From positions 1-61,201 of the forward strand of contig JAPEUG010000063.1 of assembly GCA_026025795.1 (NCBI GenBank): a stretch of 61,201 nucleotides of DNA, read 5' to 3'. The position numbers and the translations under genes were made by a program. Source of the stretch: Thelocarpon superellum. Lineage: Eukaryota. Of the stretch, positions 48,845-61,201 are shown in pieces (positions within the stretch are counted from its first letter, which is position 1; every line of letters starts with the position of its first letter). Under the pieces are notes generated by a model. It saw nothing but the letters and a program-made list of their open reading frames with translations, was not told the DNA's origin and did no database searches.

Positions 48845-51800
48845 GGACAAGGACAGGACTGCCCCGGCCAAAAGGCCGTCGTCACAGTCGACCCCGTAGT
48901 GAAGAGACGCGGTCTCTGGTGAGTTGTAGTTGTCGTCGAGAATCACAGGAGTCTGGAACTCTCCGTCGGGCTAGCGGAAAGGCCAGTCAGCCTCAGCCAG
49001 AACGATGGACGCGCGCCTGGAGGAGGCTCTTGCGGGGAGGACGAGGCACCACGAACCTGCAAGCGGTGTCGCTGTGAGAAAGCCACGATGGCGGTGATCG
49101 GGCGGATCTGGTGGTGAGTGGAAGGGAGGTGGGAGATGCGCTCCCACGGCGAGATGACGATGCCGCTGCACCCACGCTTGACGGAGCCAACGTCGTCGCG
49201 CTGAGAGCGCCAATGGCCGGCAGCCGGGGGCTCGGCGGGAGCGGTGAAGCGTTCGTCCCAGGATCGGACCGGACAGGCCACACGGGGAGGCGTCGCCGCC
49301 GCTGCTGCAAGAGGCTTTGCGCGCGTCGTTGCCGCGGACTATCGGGACCGGGCTCGTGGGGCGGTTCTGCAGGCAGGTCTGCACCTGTTAGGGAAGCAGG
49401 ACTTGCGTTCCAGCCGAAACGTGTGAGCTCGGGATAGGCTCAGCGCGGGCGTGCTAGGGTCTTTTGAAGAGGATCCACGAGCGGCGGGAATGTGGAAAGG
49501 TAGCGTCGCTGCTGCCGCAGCCTGAGACTAATCTGAGTCGAGTCTCGGGAAGCGAAGGCAGGGCGGACAATGACGACGGCGCCCACGTCCCCGTTCGCAT
49601 GGGAGAAGAGGGCCGGCGGAGGGACGAGCGAGTGTCGCGTAGCTGCGTCGGTCCTAGGCCGTGGCGGCTTCGCAAGAGGCAAAAGACAAGGCAGGTCGAC
49701 AGGGAGCGGGGGAATATCAGGAAATTATACGGATCCGTCGGGGGGGGTCCGCGCAGCGCCGGATGGTTGTTGATTTGATGATGGGACAGGACACTAGAGT
49801 GTCGGGCAGGCCTGGACGAGCCCGTGGCGGGTCAACGTATAGGACGATGCGTGTGGGGGGGTCCTCCTCGTGAGGCTAGTAGCTCATGACGAGGTAGGAT
49901 GTGCCCAGGTAAGGGCCAGCGGCAGCGGCGATGCAAGGGGTGGAGTGGGGAGGTGTGGCCGAGGAATGATCGGGCCTCACTTTTTTTGGACGGGGTCTTG
50001 GGGACTGGTGGTCGGTGGCCGGGCCAGGCCAGCGCGCGCGCAGCAACGCCGAGGGAGAGTCTCGGGTGTCACCCAACACGGCGGACGCGAGAAGGACGGG
50101 GCTCCCGAGGGCGTGGGCGCCAGGTAGGAGGCCGGCGAAGAACGTGCCGGAGATGCGTTGCTCCGGACGCAGGCCGCTCCGCTTTGGGCGGAGGGGGGAG
50201 GGTGGGGGAGGGAAGGGTGAGCTGCGTCGGCGCCGCTGAATCTGTCGCCACGAGACCTGACCGTCGCGCCGGCGAGGGTGAGTGCGCGAGAGCGAGAGCG
50301 AGGGCGAGGGAGAGGCGCGCCACGCTTCCGAACGTGGCACGACGGTGCCTGCGGCCCACGGCGGTAGATTGATACAATCTCGGACGGGAGCGACGGCGGC
50401 GATGGTCCGGGAGAGGGAACACCGTACCTCGCGCGGGGACCGGAGCGCGGCGGGACCGGCGGGGAGGAGAGGGGGGCAGGACGGGCAGGCGGGCTACAGC
50501 CGTAGAGTGGGTAGATTAGGGAGAGATGGAATTATCTTTTTATGTGTATATAACGACAGACTCGAGGTCGACCGGGGAGGCCAAGCGAATGTATTCAAAG
50601 CAGAGCCTTGAGGCAGCGAGCGTATGGCGGGGTGAGGAGGGGGGGAGCGAGAGGCGAGAGGCATCGAGGGAGGGACGGCATCGCACCGATTATATCGCCC
50701 AGACAGCGCCCGCCCGGACCATGAGGGCAGCGATGTGGGATGGTCCAGCTGCGGCGGGCACGGCCACGAGGAAAGAGAGTAGGCGAGAGGGAGTCAGCGA
50801 AGGGGGAGCGGATGGAGAGACAGAGCGAGCGTGACGAGGGCGGCGCCGCGAGAGAGGCACGGAGGAGGTCGAGGGCAAAATCCGGGTAGGATCTGGCGTC
50901 CGCCGGTCCAGTCAGCGGACCTGAGGCTGGCGCGCGGACCTGAGTGGCCGACGCCAGATCATGGCCGCTGCGCCCCCAGGGTCGGCTCGCGCCCCAGACG
51001 ACGGCGGAGAAGACGCTGGAGGCGATGACGATGCAGGCATCGCTAGGCCACCAGCACGGGTGCCCGCGAAAGGGTAAGCTTTCGAACTAGAGAATCACGG
51101 AGTCTCACGCAGGCCTATCCTTGGTGGTACCTCGTAACTGGGCCCCCAGTACCCTGCTCGCCAACCCATTCCCCTCCTCACCAGTGGCAGGGGGGGTGGG
51201 GATCACCTGGGACTGACGGACGACGGAACGAGTCTAGTCATTGGAGCATCGCCAAGGCCAAGCGAGCCGACGGATGACTTGGAGAGATCATGAGTAGCGC
51301 GCTGGCGAGAGAAACGACGTCGACCAAGGCCGGGCCTTGACGAGAGCCGCTCGCCTCTTGCCTCTAGCCTCCAGCGGCATGCCTCGTGTGTCGTGCGCCC
51401 AGACTGTGCCCTCTTGCCTGCTTGAGATGTCTGTTCCAGGTGCGCCGGGCGGGCACGCCGCGCGAGCTGCTCAGGCCCTGGCGACATCTCGGGAATCCTG
51501 GGGGATCCCGGCCGTGCGGCCATGCGGCCGTACCCTGTCGTCGTCCAGTCTCGGTAGAGAATCAACAACGTTCACCCATCGTCCAGGCGCCTCCCTCCCA
51601 CAAGACTAGCCGAAGGGCTTTGGTCTGCATCATCTGCAGAAGCGGGTGGCGGACGTGAAAGGATAGCTGGCTAAGAATAGGTTCGGCTGCATCTTCGCGA
51701 AGCATTTTTCGCACTCTGGCTCGGCGCGCCGCAGGGCTCTGCACCGGGATCTTCCAGCTCAGGGCCCGGGTCGACTAGCCCCTTTTGGCCGGCGTGGCTG

Positions 51801-52050
51801 GCAGGGGAGAGCGAGCGCTGCGTGTCGCCTTCCGCCAATGGTCCTGGTCGTCCGGTGCAAAAGCTCGCACACCCATTCCCAAATTGATGGACAGGTAATC
51901 CATCTGCCTGAGGAGTCATCGTGCGACTCATCTGCGCGGCCGTGGCGAGGACGAGTAATACGCTCCCTGCTCCAGTGGGATGTGGGCGCTCGTCTGGCAG
52001 ATCGACCTCAAGCGAAGTTTTACGTGTTTACGTGGTGCTACTGCGTCATG

Positions 52051-52107
52051 CAGCAGCACCAGCACCAGCATCAGCACCTGCACCACCACCACCACCACCA
52101 CCACCAG
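52051..52107. repeat. (CAG/CAC)n trinucleotide microsatellite
   Basis: Tandem CAGCAC and CAC units in the long region upstream of medA. Confidence 0.85.
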
Positions 52108-53384
52108 CCCGACGGCAGCCATCAGCAGCGCGTCAGCCCTCTTCCATTATTGCTTCCATACCAGCGCAGTCGGCCATCGCCAGGATGCCTGGCTGTCACG
52201 GGCAGCGATCCTGGGTCCTCCCTCGCACATTCCCTGCCGATCGCTTCGAGGCGCGCCTGGTCCCGGACCAGCCCTCACGCACGGCATGGACAGAGGCTGC
52301 GGTCGCCGGCCCCAGGCGCGTGGATCACGACGATACACTCGCGGAGGTGAAGGCACATGGCCGCGCGACTCCGTCCGCCCGTCCGACCCACGTCCGGTCG
52401 GCCATGGCTCGCTCCGACAACGTGGAGGATCCGCGCAGCTTGACCGCAACTGGGGTAGTGCAACTTTTGGCGGGGCGCGCCCGGAGGGATCAGGCTTAAG
52501 CTTAAACGATGTCCAGCCTGGCACGAATGCAGAATGCAGATTGCCTCTGGCCCAGCTCGTGATAGCGATGGCCCGCCCCAGCTCACACCACATCGACGAT
52601 CAGCTTCGTCACGGAGGGACCAGGCGGCCGGCGGTCGGTGGTCGGTGATCGAATTTGTGAGGGCCATGGTGGAGGGATGGACGATCCGCTGGCCCTTGCA
52701 TGCCTGGCATTGTCACACGCTGCCTCGGGCGAATGAAGGCGCTGACGATGATAGGTCCAGACAGATTTAACCTCCGATGCGACCTGGTTGCTCCAGTTGG
52801 AAGGTATCGTCACCCTAAGAGTGCGATTGTAGCGTGGTCGTCGTCGCGGTCGCAGTGGCCGTCAGCATGGTCTGTCGCTCCGTCGGTCGAAGAGCAGGAT
52901 GCAAGGGCACTCGTGCTCTTTCTGCTCTTTCGCCCAAACGAGGCTGTGTCCGCTGAATCCGGTGATCCGAGCTGAGCAATCTACGGTGACCACGCTTCCT
53001 CGTACTCGCCCACTCGCCCACTCGCCCGCCACCGGCGCGGTGTAAACGAGTTAGTTGGGAGATGCATGGGCAAACAATTCATTGCGCGCCCCACCTGGGC
53101 AGCATGTACGAGTAGCTACGGGTAGGCATGCCATGGGCAACACAGGACACGCGCGTTCGCTGCCGTCGCACCAATGGCAAATCCCCCTTCAGGTCCGCCG
53201 CCCGGGAGGGTCAATTGTTTCTGTTCCTGATTCCACTTGTCGCCACAAATCAATAAAGCTACTTCAACATTGGCCCTTAGCTCAACCGTCCGCATCCGCA
53301 CTCCCCCCAATCACCGTCGCTGTTCCCACCCTGCGACCTTCAGTAGGTAGATGTGGGTAGTAGGACTGGATTTGAGCCGCCGCT

Positions 53385-53431
53385 GTCGTGGTCGTGGTCG
53401 CCGTCGCCGTCGCCGTCGCCGTCACCGTCGT
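53385..53431. repeat. (GTCGYS)n hexamer microsatellite
   Basis: Tandem GTCGTG/GTCGCC units. Confidence 0.85.
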
Positions 53432-55278
53432 CCCACGAGAATCCAGCTCCGGCTTCAGCTGGCACGGATGTGCGTCACGAATTCGCTCATTTCCCAGCCA
53501 ACTGGTCCGAAAGATGTCTTCCAGCCTGCGATCGTTCTGTAGCCCACGCCCGCGTCCGCTCGTCCACTCGACCATCTCTGCCACTATTATTGTTCACTGC
53601 TGAGCACTGCAGGCTGTGGGTCAAGCGATAGCGGGCCTGCCAGTGTTGCTGCACTCTACCGCCGCCGTAACAGGATCGGGCAGATTGGAAGCTCGACCAA
53701 GCCACCGCGCGCTACGGTCGGGGCCTGGCAACGTCAGCGACATGGGGGGTCCGGCTGGCTGAACTCCCTCTTTCCCCCGGTCCTCCACATCTGAACGGAC
53801 GGACCGGGCAACAGGGACCTTGCGCATGTTTGCCCATCGTCGCCCTCGGACGGGAACGCATCATCCGAGGCGCGGTGCATGAGACTGGGGCGCCACCTTT
53901 CCTCGCCTAATATCCCTTCGGCCTTCTTGTGAACACGCACCGACAAGCACCCCAGGCTACTCTCCCTTTACCTGAAAGGGGCAGGGACAGGAACCTGCGG
54001 GAGACGCTGGGAGACTTGCCCAATTTAGTGGTCACCCTCGCCTTCTGGGACCGACCACCCTCCCCAGGCGCTGTCGTCGACCCGTTACGGGCGTTCCATG
54101 CAATGGGCGTCACGCCGGGCGGCGATTGCCGTCCAGAGATCTCCGTACGGGGACCCATGTATTCTGAATTTTACTCCCCACTTCTCCGGCCTCCAGTAGA
54201 TTTTTCCGTCGGCCCATCCCCGGGCGACGCCACCAGCATCATGGTCGTACGGTCCTCGTCCCCACACCCGATCCGCCATGTCCCGCCATGTCCCGCCAGA
54301 CTCCCGTCGCGCCAGGTGCTGGCAGGGTAGCCGCCGACCTGATGGCAGTCGTCTCTCTTACCAGGATGAACGCGCCTGAAGCAGTCTGAGGCGGCCTGGT
54401 CGCTCCCAGCCATGCTCGCCATGACCTCGTCTGCCGTCGCTGGCGTCGCCAGCTGGGTTGTTGATCGTCCGTCAAGCCTGATATTACCCCCCATCTCCAT
54501 ATCCCAGAAGGGACACGTCGCGGCCCGACCGCTCCGTGGGGTGGCCTGCATCTTGCAAGCTTGCTGCATCATGGCGCGCCATCCGGGGCGCTGCTCTAGC
54601 CCCGAGCTTGGGGGGAGGCTGACTTGACACCGGGTCGTCGCATGGCTGATCCACAAATGGTGGCCCCCGACTTGTTTGCTGGACGAGATGAACATGTCGG
54701 CTGTCCGCGCATCGCGAAGCCGATGTCTCGACACTGGTCAACTTCCCCGTGCAGGGGGCAGCTTCTCCCACAGCCGGCCTTGGCGGTCTAGATGGGTGGC
54801 GTTCTGGCCGTCAAACCTGCCTGTGACGCAGCCATGCACGTCGCCATAAACGTTCAATGCATTCGGAACGCGGCTAGGCCTCCCTTTCCACGACGATTCT
54901 TTCACCCCATTCAGGTAAATCCTAGATCAACGACGGGAGTGGAACTGGACGGTCAGCTGGCGGTTGCTCGGTCGGGTTCTCCGCACCATCTCCTTCCCTT
55001 GTCGAGGTGACGGTTGTGGCCGGTGCCCAGTGCCCGATGGCCGCTTGCAGGCCCATCTGACCCGTCTGACCCGTCTGACCCATCTCACCCGTCTCGCGGT
55101 CAGTTCTCGCTGGACCCAACGGGCCACTTCTCTGCCTCTCCGGGCCTGCAATCTCGCGTCCCAGCCGGCACTCCATCTGCGGTTGGACGAGGAATAGAAG
55201 TGCAAGTGGCAGAGGCATCCGCATCCGCATCCCACTCGCGTTTGCATCACGCTCGAGCATCTTCATTTTCATTCCAAC

Positions 55279-56565
55279 CTACAACCTGCTTCTGCTGGCC
55301 TCGTCATCACTCATGATCTCAATGACCAGCTTTCCGAATTGCCGCCCGCTCTTCATATCATCAAATAATCCGTCGATCTCGTCGAGATTGTCGATGCCCT
55401 GCACGACACGGGACACCACTGGCCGAATGCGTCTGGTGCGCACAAAGTCCATCATGGCGCCGAATTCGGCCCGCGAGCCCATGGTGGAGCCGCGGATCTG
55501 CCAGACCACGGTTAGCGAAGGGTCGAGGTTGAGAAATGGACGGTTCACGTACCTCGATGTTCTTCATGACGGCGCTCATCGGCCAAGGCATCTTCGGACC
55601 AAGCGTCATGCCGTAACTGACGATGACACCACCATGCTGAGCAGAAAGCGCAGGTCAGCGTTGAGCGGGCCTGTGCCATGCCAGAGCGTGTCACCTTTAA
55701 GATCTTGACCGTTTTCTCCAATACGTTACCACCAGCGCCGTCAATGACGGCATCCAAAAACGGGCGGTCCGTGGGCAGTAACTTCAAAAGCTCTTTGTCC
55801 CAGCCCTCGTCCTTATAGCTCACTCCACCAGTCGCACCCAAGTCCTTGGCCTTTTGCAATTTATCCGCCGATCCCGACGTGACATAGACATTGCAGCCGG
55901 CGGCGGTGGCAAATTGAAGGGCATTCAGGGCCACCCCCCCACCAATTCCCGTAACGAGGATGTTCCGCCCAGCGATGGCATTGCCGCTCTTGGTGAAGAG
56001 TGCTCGCCACGCGGTCAAGCCGGTGAGCGGTAAAGCCGCCGTCTCGGTGCCGCTGAGATGCTCAGGGGCCTCTTCCACCTCGCTGGCGTCCACAACGACA
56101 TACTCCTGCAGCGTCCCGGTCCGGACGCCCTTCGTCCCTCCCAGGATCTGAGTCGCTCCTTGCTCTGGGCCCTCGGGCGCACGATCCCACCCCCGTGATG
56201 GGGTGAGGATCACTCTGTTACCTTTCCATCGGGCATTGAGCGCCGCTGAGCCCGTGGAGACCACAGTGCCGCAGCCATCGGCGAGCAGCGGCACGTCGAA
56301 CGTTATACCAGGGTAAAGATGCTGCCGGAGGAAGAGATCGCGATGGTTCAAGGCGGCGTGAGAGATACGAACGACCACCTCTGACGACGAAGGTGTCGGA
56401 GTGGGTACACTAACCAGCTTGAGTCTGACGTTGGCATTAGTTAAAGGCCATGGCGAGTTGAGGCCGACTCATAGTACTACTATATGAAGGGACGATGACG
56501 TACGGATAGTATACTTGACCGGGCTTGCCATCGATCTTTCCGATCAGAACTGCCTTGGCCATCAT
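55279..56565 (-). CDS. MDR-family (zinc-binding ADH-like / quinone) oxidoreductase, 4 exons
   Basis: MAKAVLIGKIDGKPGQVYYP/LKL, AALNHRDLF..LYPG, LADGCG, ALPLTGLTAWRA, Rossmann VTGIGGGVA, DAVIDGAGG, RGSTMGS, QFGKLV. Confidence 0.9.
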
Positions 56566-58602
56566 CGAATCGGGCGAGAAGCTATCTGGCCGTTTTCCAG
56601 ATTCTCTGTCAATATCTCAGCGGAGGTGGACTCTTCGCGGCCCAGTCGATCATGATGAGCAGCGTTGTTAGATGGTGGGGGAAGCAACATGGTCGCAGCT
56701 GGCAGCAGCTCCATGTTGCCGAGGAGCGGCTGGGCCGAGTACCGAAACTGTAAATTGTCCTACCGGCGCCGCCACCACCGGCATGTACGGAGGGAAGATA
56801 GTTTCCGCGAGAAATCTTCTCGATCCCCTTATCGTCTGACAAGCACAGGGAGCCAGTCCGGCCAATGGCATCAAGGACAGGAATACCACGCAGAATATCC
56901 CAGAACGGGGAACAGGTGAGGGTACGGCTGTGCGGTGGGGCACTACTCGGGAGCCTCCGCGCCCGCAGTTGGCGAGCAGGACTGCGAGTAAGTTCTCTCA
57001 TTGCTCAAGAATGGCTGCAATGATGCTTCGGGCAGCGTGAAACGGGCGGATTTGGTCATCTACTCGAACGCCAAAGGTGACAGTGGCGTCATCGGCAATG
57101 CACCGCAGAGCTTCGCAGTCGACCACACCGCGCCAGCCTTCTACGTGACCCCGACGGCGCAGATGAACAAGACCAAGATGGTCACGGGGGCCCAGGTGCC
57201 AAACAACATCGCCGTGGCCGCAATTGGCTATGCAACTGTGCCTCGGCCGGGCATGATGCAACTCAGGGTTGATCACTCGGGATTCTTTCCGAACAGCGCT
57301 TTCCTTACGCTAAGCCACCCAAGGACAGCCGGAACGCTGGATGAGGTTGCAATCACTCCCTAGATATCTGACTTTTGATCAGCGAGGTCGCAGGAGACAG
57401 ATAGAGAAGGCATCGTCGAGCCGGGTATCCTCTAGGGATCTGGCTAATGGGCGGACGCGATCTTCGTTTTGGTGAATATACCGGTTAATATGCCAAAAAT
57501 TTACAGTCATTTGTGTCCCGAAAAGAAAGCGTGAAAGAGGCCGATTGGAACCTTGAGCTTCTTTGGCTCATGAAGATCTTTGGCGTCTGTGGCGAATGTT
57601 TTCTCGAAAAGAGCGTCCCAGTGGTACAGATGCGATCATCGATAGATCCTAGAAATGATTTTTGATTATTTAATTTTCCATTTCTTGCGACGGGAACGTT
57701 TTCAGGACACCAACTCCTCGGAATACCCAATACCCATTGTTCCGTTCCTACACATACTGATTGCGTACCATCGGCATTAGCAGATGTAATTCAATGGACA
57801 GACTGTCCAGTCTGCGCAAAGACACATTGAAGTTGTCTGTTGCGACCGGGTTGGGTGGCTGGAAGTGGTAGCCGTAGCGAAGCATCCCACACAAACAAAC
57901 AAAGCGAGTCACAGCAGTCCTCACCAAGATTAATCGCCACTCGATAGACGAATGGCAATGCGGCTCTCAGGGCCCAAATGTCTCAAAAGAAAGAAAGATG
58001 ATGATATTTCCGCAAAAGAGTAATTCCAACCTCAAAGGATCGCTAACAAACGATAATGCTCCTCGCCCTCGCAACCACGGTACGAAGTGCCGCTGCATAA
58101 TCAAGTCACCAGGCTCATTCACCCGCGGAGTCGCTGACATAAGCTCAGAACGGTCTCCCGACGATCCGCACTTAACTGCTTTGGGTGATGTGTTTACGCC
58201 AGTGGGACGCGCGCAAACGAGGAGGACGGGACTGCGGACCAGCGCCGCCCCAATGGCCGGCGGCGACGACACCACATCACGGCTTCATCTTTTCCCGTTC
58301 GAGCAATCGTGGACTCGTCACCATCTATCCCGCTACTTACAACCATATCCTTCGAGCACTTACATCACTATCTACCCAGGCAGATTTTGCCGCGCTCCTG
58401 CCTCACCCACGACGACATTCCCTACGACAGCCACAGACGTGTCAATGGCGCCGTCTAAGCAGTGAATTGATCCATCGCCGCTCCCCTTGACCCCAGGTCC
58501 TCTATCACCAGGGCACATCCATCATTCAGCAGACCGTTGGAGGTGGATCGAGCTTGCGCAGTCTTATCTTTCATAACCATCCTTCCCATCGCCATCACCA
58601 TC

Positions 58603-60449
58603 ATGCCCACAAAACAAGTCGATGTCCATGACCACCGGGAGCTGCAAGAGGTTGCAGACATCCTCGCCCGGTCGAAGAAGGTGATTGTGGTCACAGGTGC
58701 AGGTATCAGCACGAACAGCGGGATTCCGGTATGGGTGGTCCATGGAGGTGGATGGAAGTGACGAGGGCTCCGCTAACAGGGCGGATTTCACAGGACTTCC
58801 GATCGGAGAACGGCCTCTACTCATTAATCCAGGCCCAGTATGACAACGGAGTCCGTGCCGACTCGGACGCGTCCACGCCGGCGCTGACCCGATCCACCAC
58901 TCCCTCGACGCAGCTGAGTCAAGAAGCCGACGACCAGTCGCAGCTTCCACCATCGAGCCAATCGTCCAACGCCTCGCTACCGTCGAACATGAAGGGAAAA
59001 GACCTCTTCGACTCCCTGATCTGGAAAGACCCTCTCAGCACTGCCATCTTCTACACATTCATCGCCTCCCTGCGGAAGAAGATCCGGGAAGAGATTCACA
59101 GCGCTACGCCAACGCACAAGTTCATCCGGGCGCTCCGAGATGGCGGCCGGCTGGTCCGGTGCTATACCCAGAACATCGATGGCCTGGAAGCCCGTGATGG
59201 GCTCTGTACCGAAATTGCTCGAGGGAAGGGCAACCGCTCTCGCTTCCTCCGACGGGTGGTGGAGCAGCCGCGGCCGGAGACGGCCATCCTACCGGGCAGC
59301 GAGATGGACGGCGGATGTGAAGTAGTGCAGCTTCATGGGGACCTGGAATATCTCCGTTGCGGTCTCTGTTGCCAATTGACAGGATGGGAGGAGGACGAGC
59401 GCGAGGCCAGCCTCCTGCAAGGGATGGGTCCCGCGTGCGGTGCCTGCGCAGGCAAGAACCAGTCTCGGCGTGACAGCGGCAAGCGAGGCACCGCCGTCGG
59501 CCTCTTGCGGCCGAACGTGGTCTTGTACGGCGAGGAGCATCCGCGAGCTCACCTGCTTTCCCCGATTACGACGCACGACCTCAGCATCGTGCCCGACATC
59601 TTACTCATCCTGGGCACGTCGCTTCGCGTGCACGGCCTGAAGGTGCTAGTGCGGGAGTTTGCCAAGGCTGTCCATGCGCGCGGCCGTGGCAAGGGGCGTG
59701 TCATTTTTGTCAATCGAACGAAGCCATCCGAGAGCGTGTGGGCGGATGTGATTGACTACTGGGTGGGCATTGACTGTGATGCGTGGGTGGAGGATCTCCG
59801 AGAACGGAGGTCGAGTCTCTGGGAGCGACAGGGGATGCTTCAGGTTCCCGTGGTGAAGCAAACCGGCCTGAAGGTCAAGGATCGGGCGTCCGAGAAGCCA
59901 TCGAAGAAGACCGCCGTTCCCCGAGCTGAGAATTGGACGAGCAACACACGCGCGGAGAGCGACAAGGAAAACGCACAAGTCCCAAAGGCGAAAGCTCCGC
60001 GCACAAGAAAACCAGCGACGGCCGATGGTGCCAGCAAAATGCGAGTCAAGAAGACGGCCGCTGCAGGAGATAAAGCGAAAGCGAAACCTCCCACGAAGAC
60101 GCCTAAGCCCAAGGCCAGGCGCGTGACCGCTACATTGGTGGCGAAAGGGGCTACCACGGCGCCTGTGCAACCCGCAGGCACACCGCCAAAAACACCATCC
60201 AAAGTTTCGGTCTTCCGGGACGTGAACATGGACGGGGACCAGCTGCCGACGCCACCCACCAGCGGCGCGGGGCCCAGTCCGACCTCGACTTCGACCTCGA
60301 CAGCGACACCGACAGCAAGCACGATGCTCCCGAAACGAGGTCTAGCGGAGCTCTCGGACGGCGACCAGCAGATAGGACAGAGTCCATCAAAGCGCGCCAA
60401 GATCTCACCCACCTCTATCCGGTTCATTCTCAACGAATCCGACTGTTGA
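58603..60449 (+). CDS. HST3: NAD-dependent deacetylase, Hst3-like sirtuin; intron 58729-58793
   Basis: VVTGAGISTNSGIP/DFRSENGLY, YTQNIDGLE, QLHG, Zn CxxC..CxxC, LRPNVVLYGEEHP, GTSLRVHG, Lys/Thr/Pro-rich tail. Confidence 0.88.
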
Positions 60450-60583
60450 GGGTACGGCACGCATGGTGTAATGTGTTGAGTATTTGATTGTGGCTGGAAG
60501 TATGATGGACGGTGGATGGTGGGTGGTGGACGAGGAGTGATGAAACGATTGATGAATAATGATCATGACGGGCTGTATCTGTG

Positions 60584-60625
60584 TCTGGATCTGGATCTGG
60601 ATCTGGATCTGGATCTGTATCTGTA
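60584..60625. repeat. (TCTGGA)n microsatellite
   Basis: Tandem hexamer between the convergent 3' ends of the sirtuin and kinase genes. Confidence 0.9.
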
Positions 60626-60779
60626 CGTATGCACTCCTGTATGGGTGCGATATTTATATGGAGGTAACTCCCCGTTCTGTTTTGGTCGAATGGTTGTCTC
60701 TGTCTGCCCCACAGCGCTGGATACCTTCCATCTCTCTCTCTTCCTCTCCACAGCTACGCAGCAAAGAAGCACGTTCACA

Positions 60780-61201
60780 TCACGACGCCGCCGTATCAGC
60801 CACATCAGCAGCCAACAAAGGATGACGCAGGAGCTGCGCGGCACTAGATCTCTTGGCAGGATCCAACTGCAAGACATCACGGAGGAAGGCGAGGATCGAG
60901 GTCGCTTCGGCATCGGAAATGGACGGGGGCTTGAACCGCATGAAGCGCGTTTCGAGCGGTGGTCTTACGCGTATGTCTTCGTCTGGATTCTCTATTTTCG
61001 GGAGGCCGGAGCTGAAAGGTCCGTGCTTTCATGGAGCTTCCCAATCTCTTGGTGCCGGGTTGACGTCGCGGGCGTCGAAGTTTTCAAGGGCGTGGTCGAG
61101 ATTTGCGGGGCCATGGTGGAGATCTGGAGGGCCATGATCGAGACCTGGAGGGCTACAACCGAGATCCTCGGAATCATAATCGACTTCTATCGACCCCAGC
61201 A
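60780..61201 (-). CDS. 3' end of a Ser/Thr protein kinase (SRPK/CMGC-like), partial, with an in-frame TGA at 61031-61029
   Basis: PPLETRFMRFKP..EATSILAFLRDVLQLDPAKRSSAAQLLRHPLL matches kinase subdomain XI; the 5' part lies outside the window. Confidence 0.7.

Noticed and set aside
49378..49395. CTAACAG|GTGCAG as a recursive splice site in the putative medA leader intron
   Set aside because: The branch motif abuts the AG and the donor is weak; it cannot be supported without reads.

Overview
This is a gene-dense, GC-rich window from a filamentous ascomycete (Pezizomycotina-type) genome, not a prokaryote. Genes are split by short, mostly 50-100 nt spliceosomal introns with GTRAG-like donors and CTRAC/CTRAY branch sites. 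I rebuilt about 20 protein-coding genes by manual splicing: a QDE-2-like Argonaute, PPT1, OM14-like, MIA40, THI80, CDS1, ATRIP/Rad26/UvsD-like, a Ctk2-like cyclin, BOS1, a PTS2 thiolase, mitochondrial MDH, JEN1, an AAA+ ATPase, MedA, an MDR oxidoreductase, an Hst3-like sirtuin, the 3' end of a protein kinase, and several uncharacterised proteins. I saw no rRNA, tRNA, CRISPR array or intact transposon. The most notable oddities are a 2-nt micro-exon needed to build OM14, a 34-bp near-perfect intergenic hairpin (milRNA-precursor-like or MITE-like), a decayed SesA-type NLR N-terminal domain, an AUG-less in-frame extension and probable 1.46-kb leader intron in medA, two GC-AG introns, and two in-frame stops inside otherwise continuous reading frames. 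I found no convincing novel multi-gene system. All family calls come from motif recognition, not from database searches.
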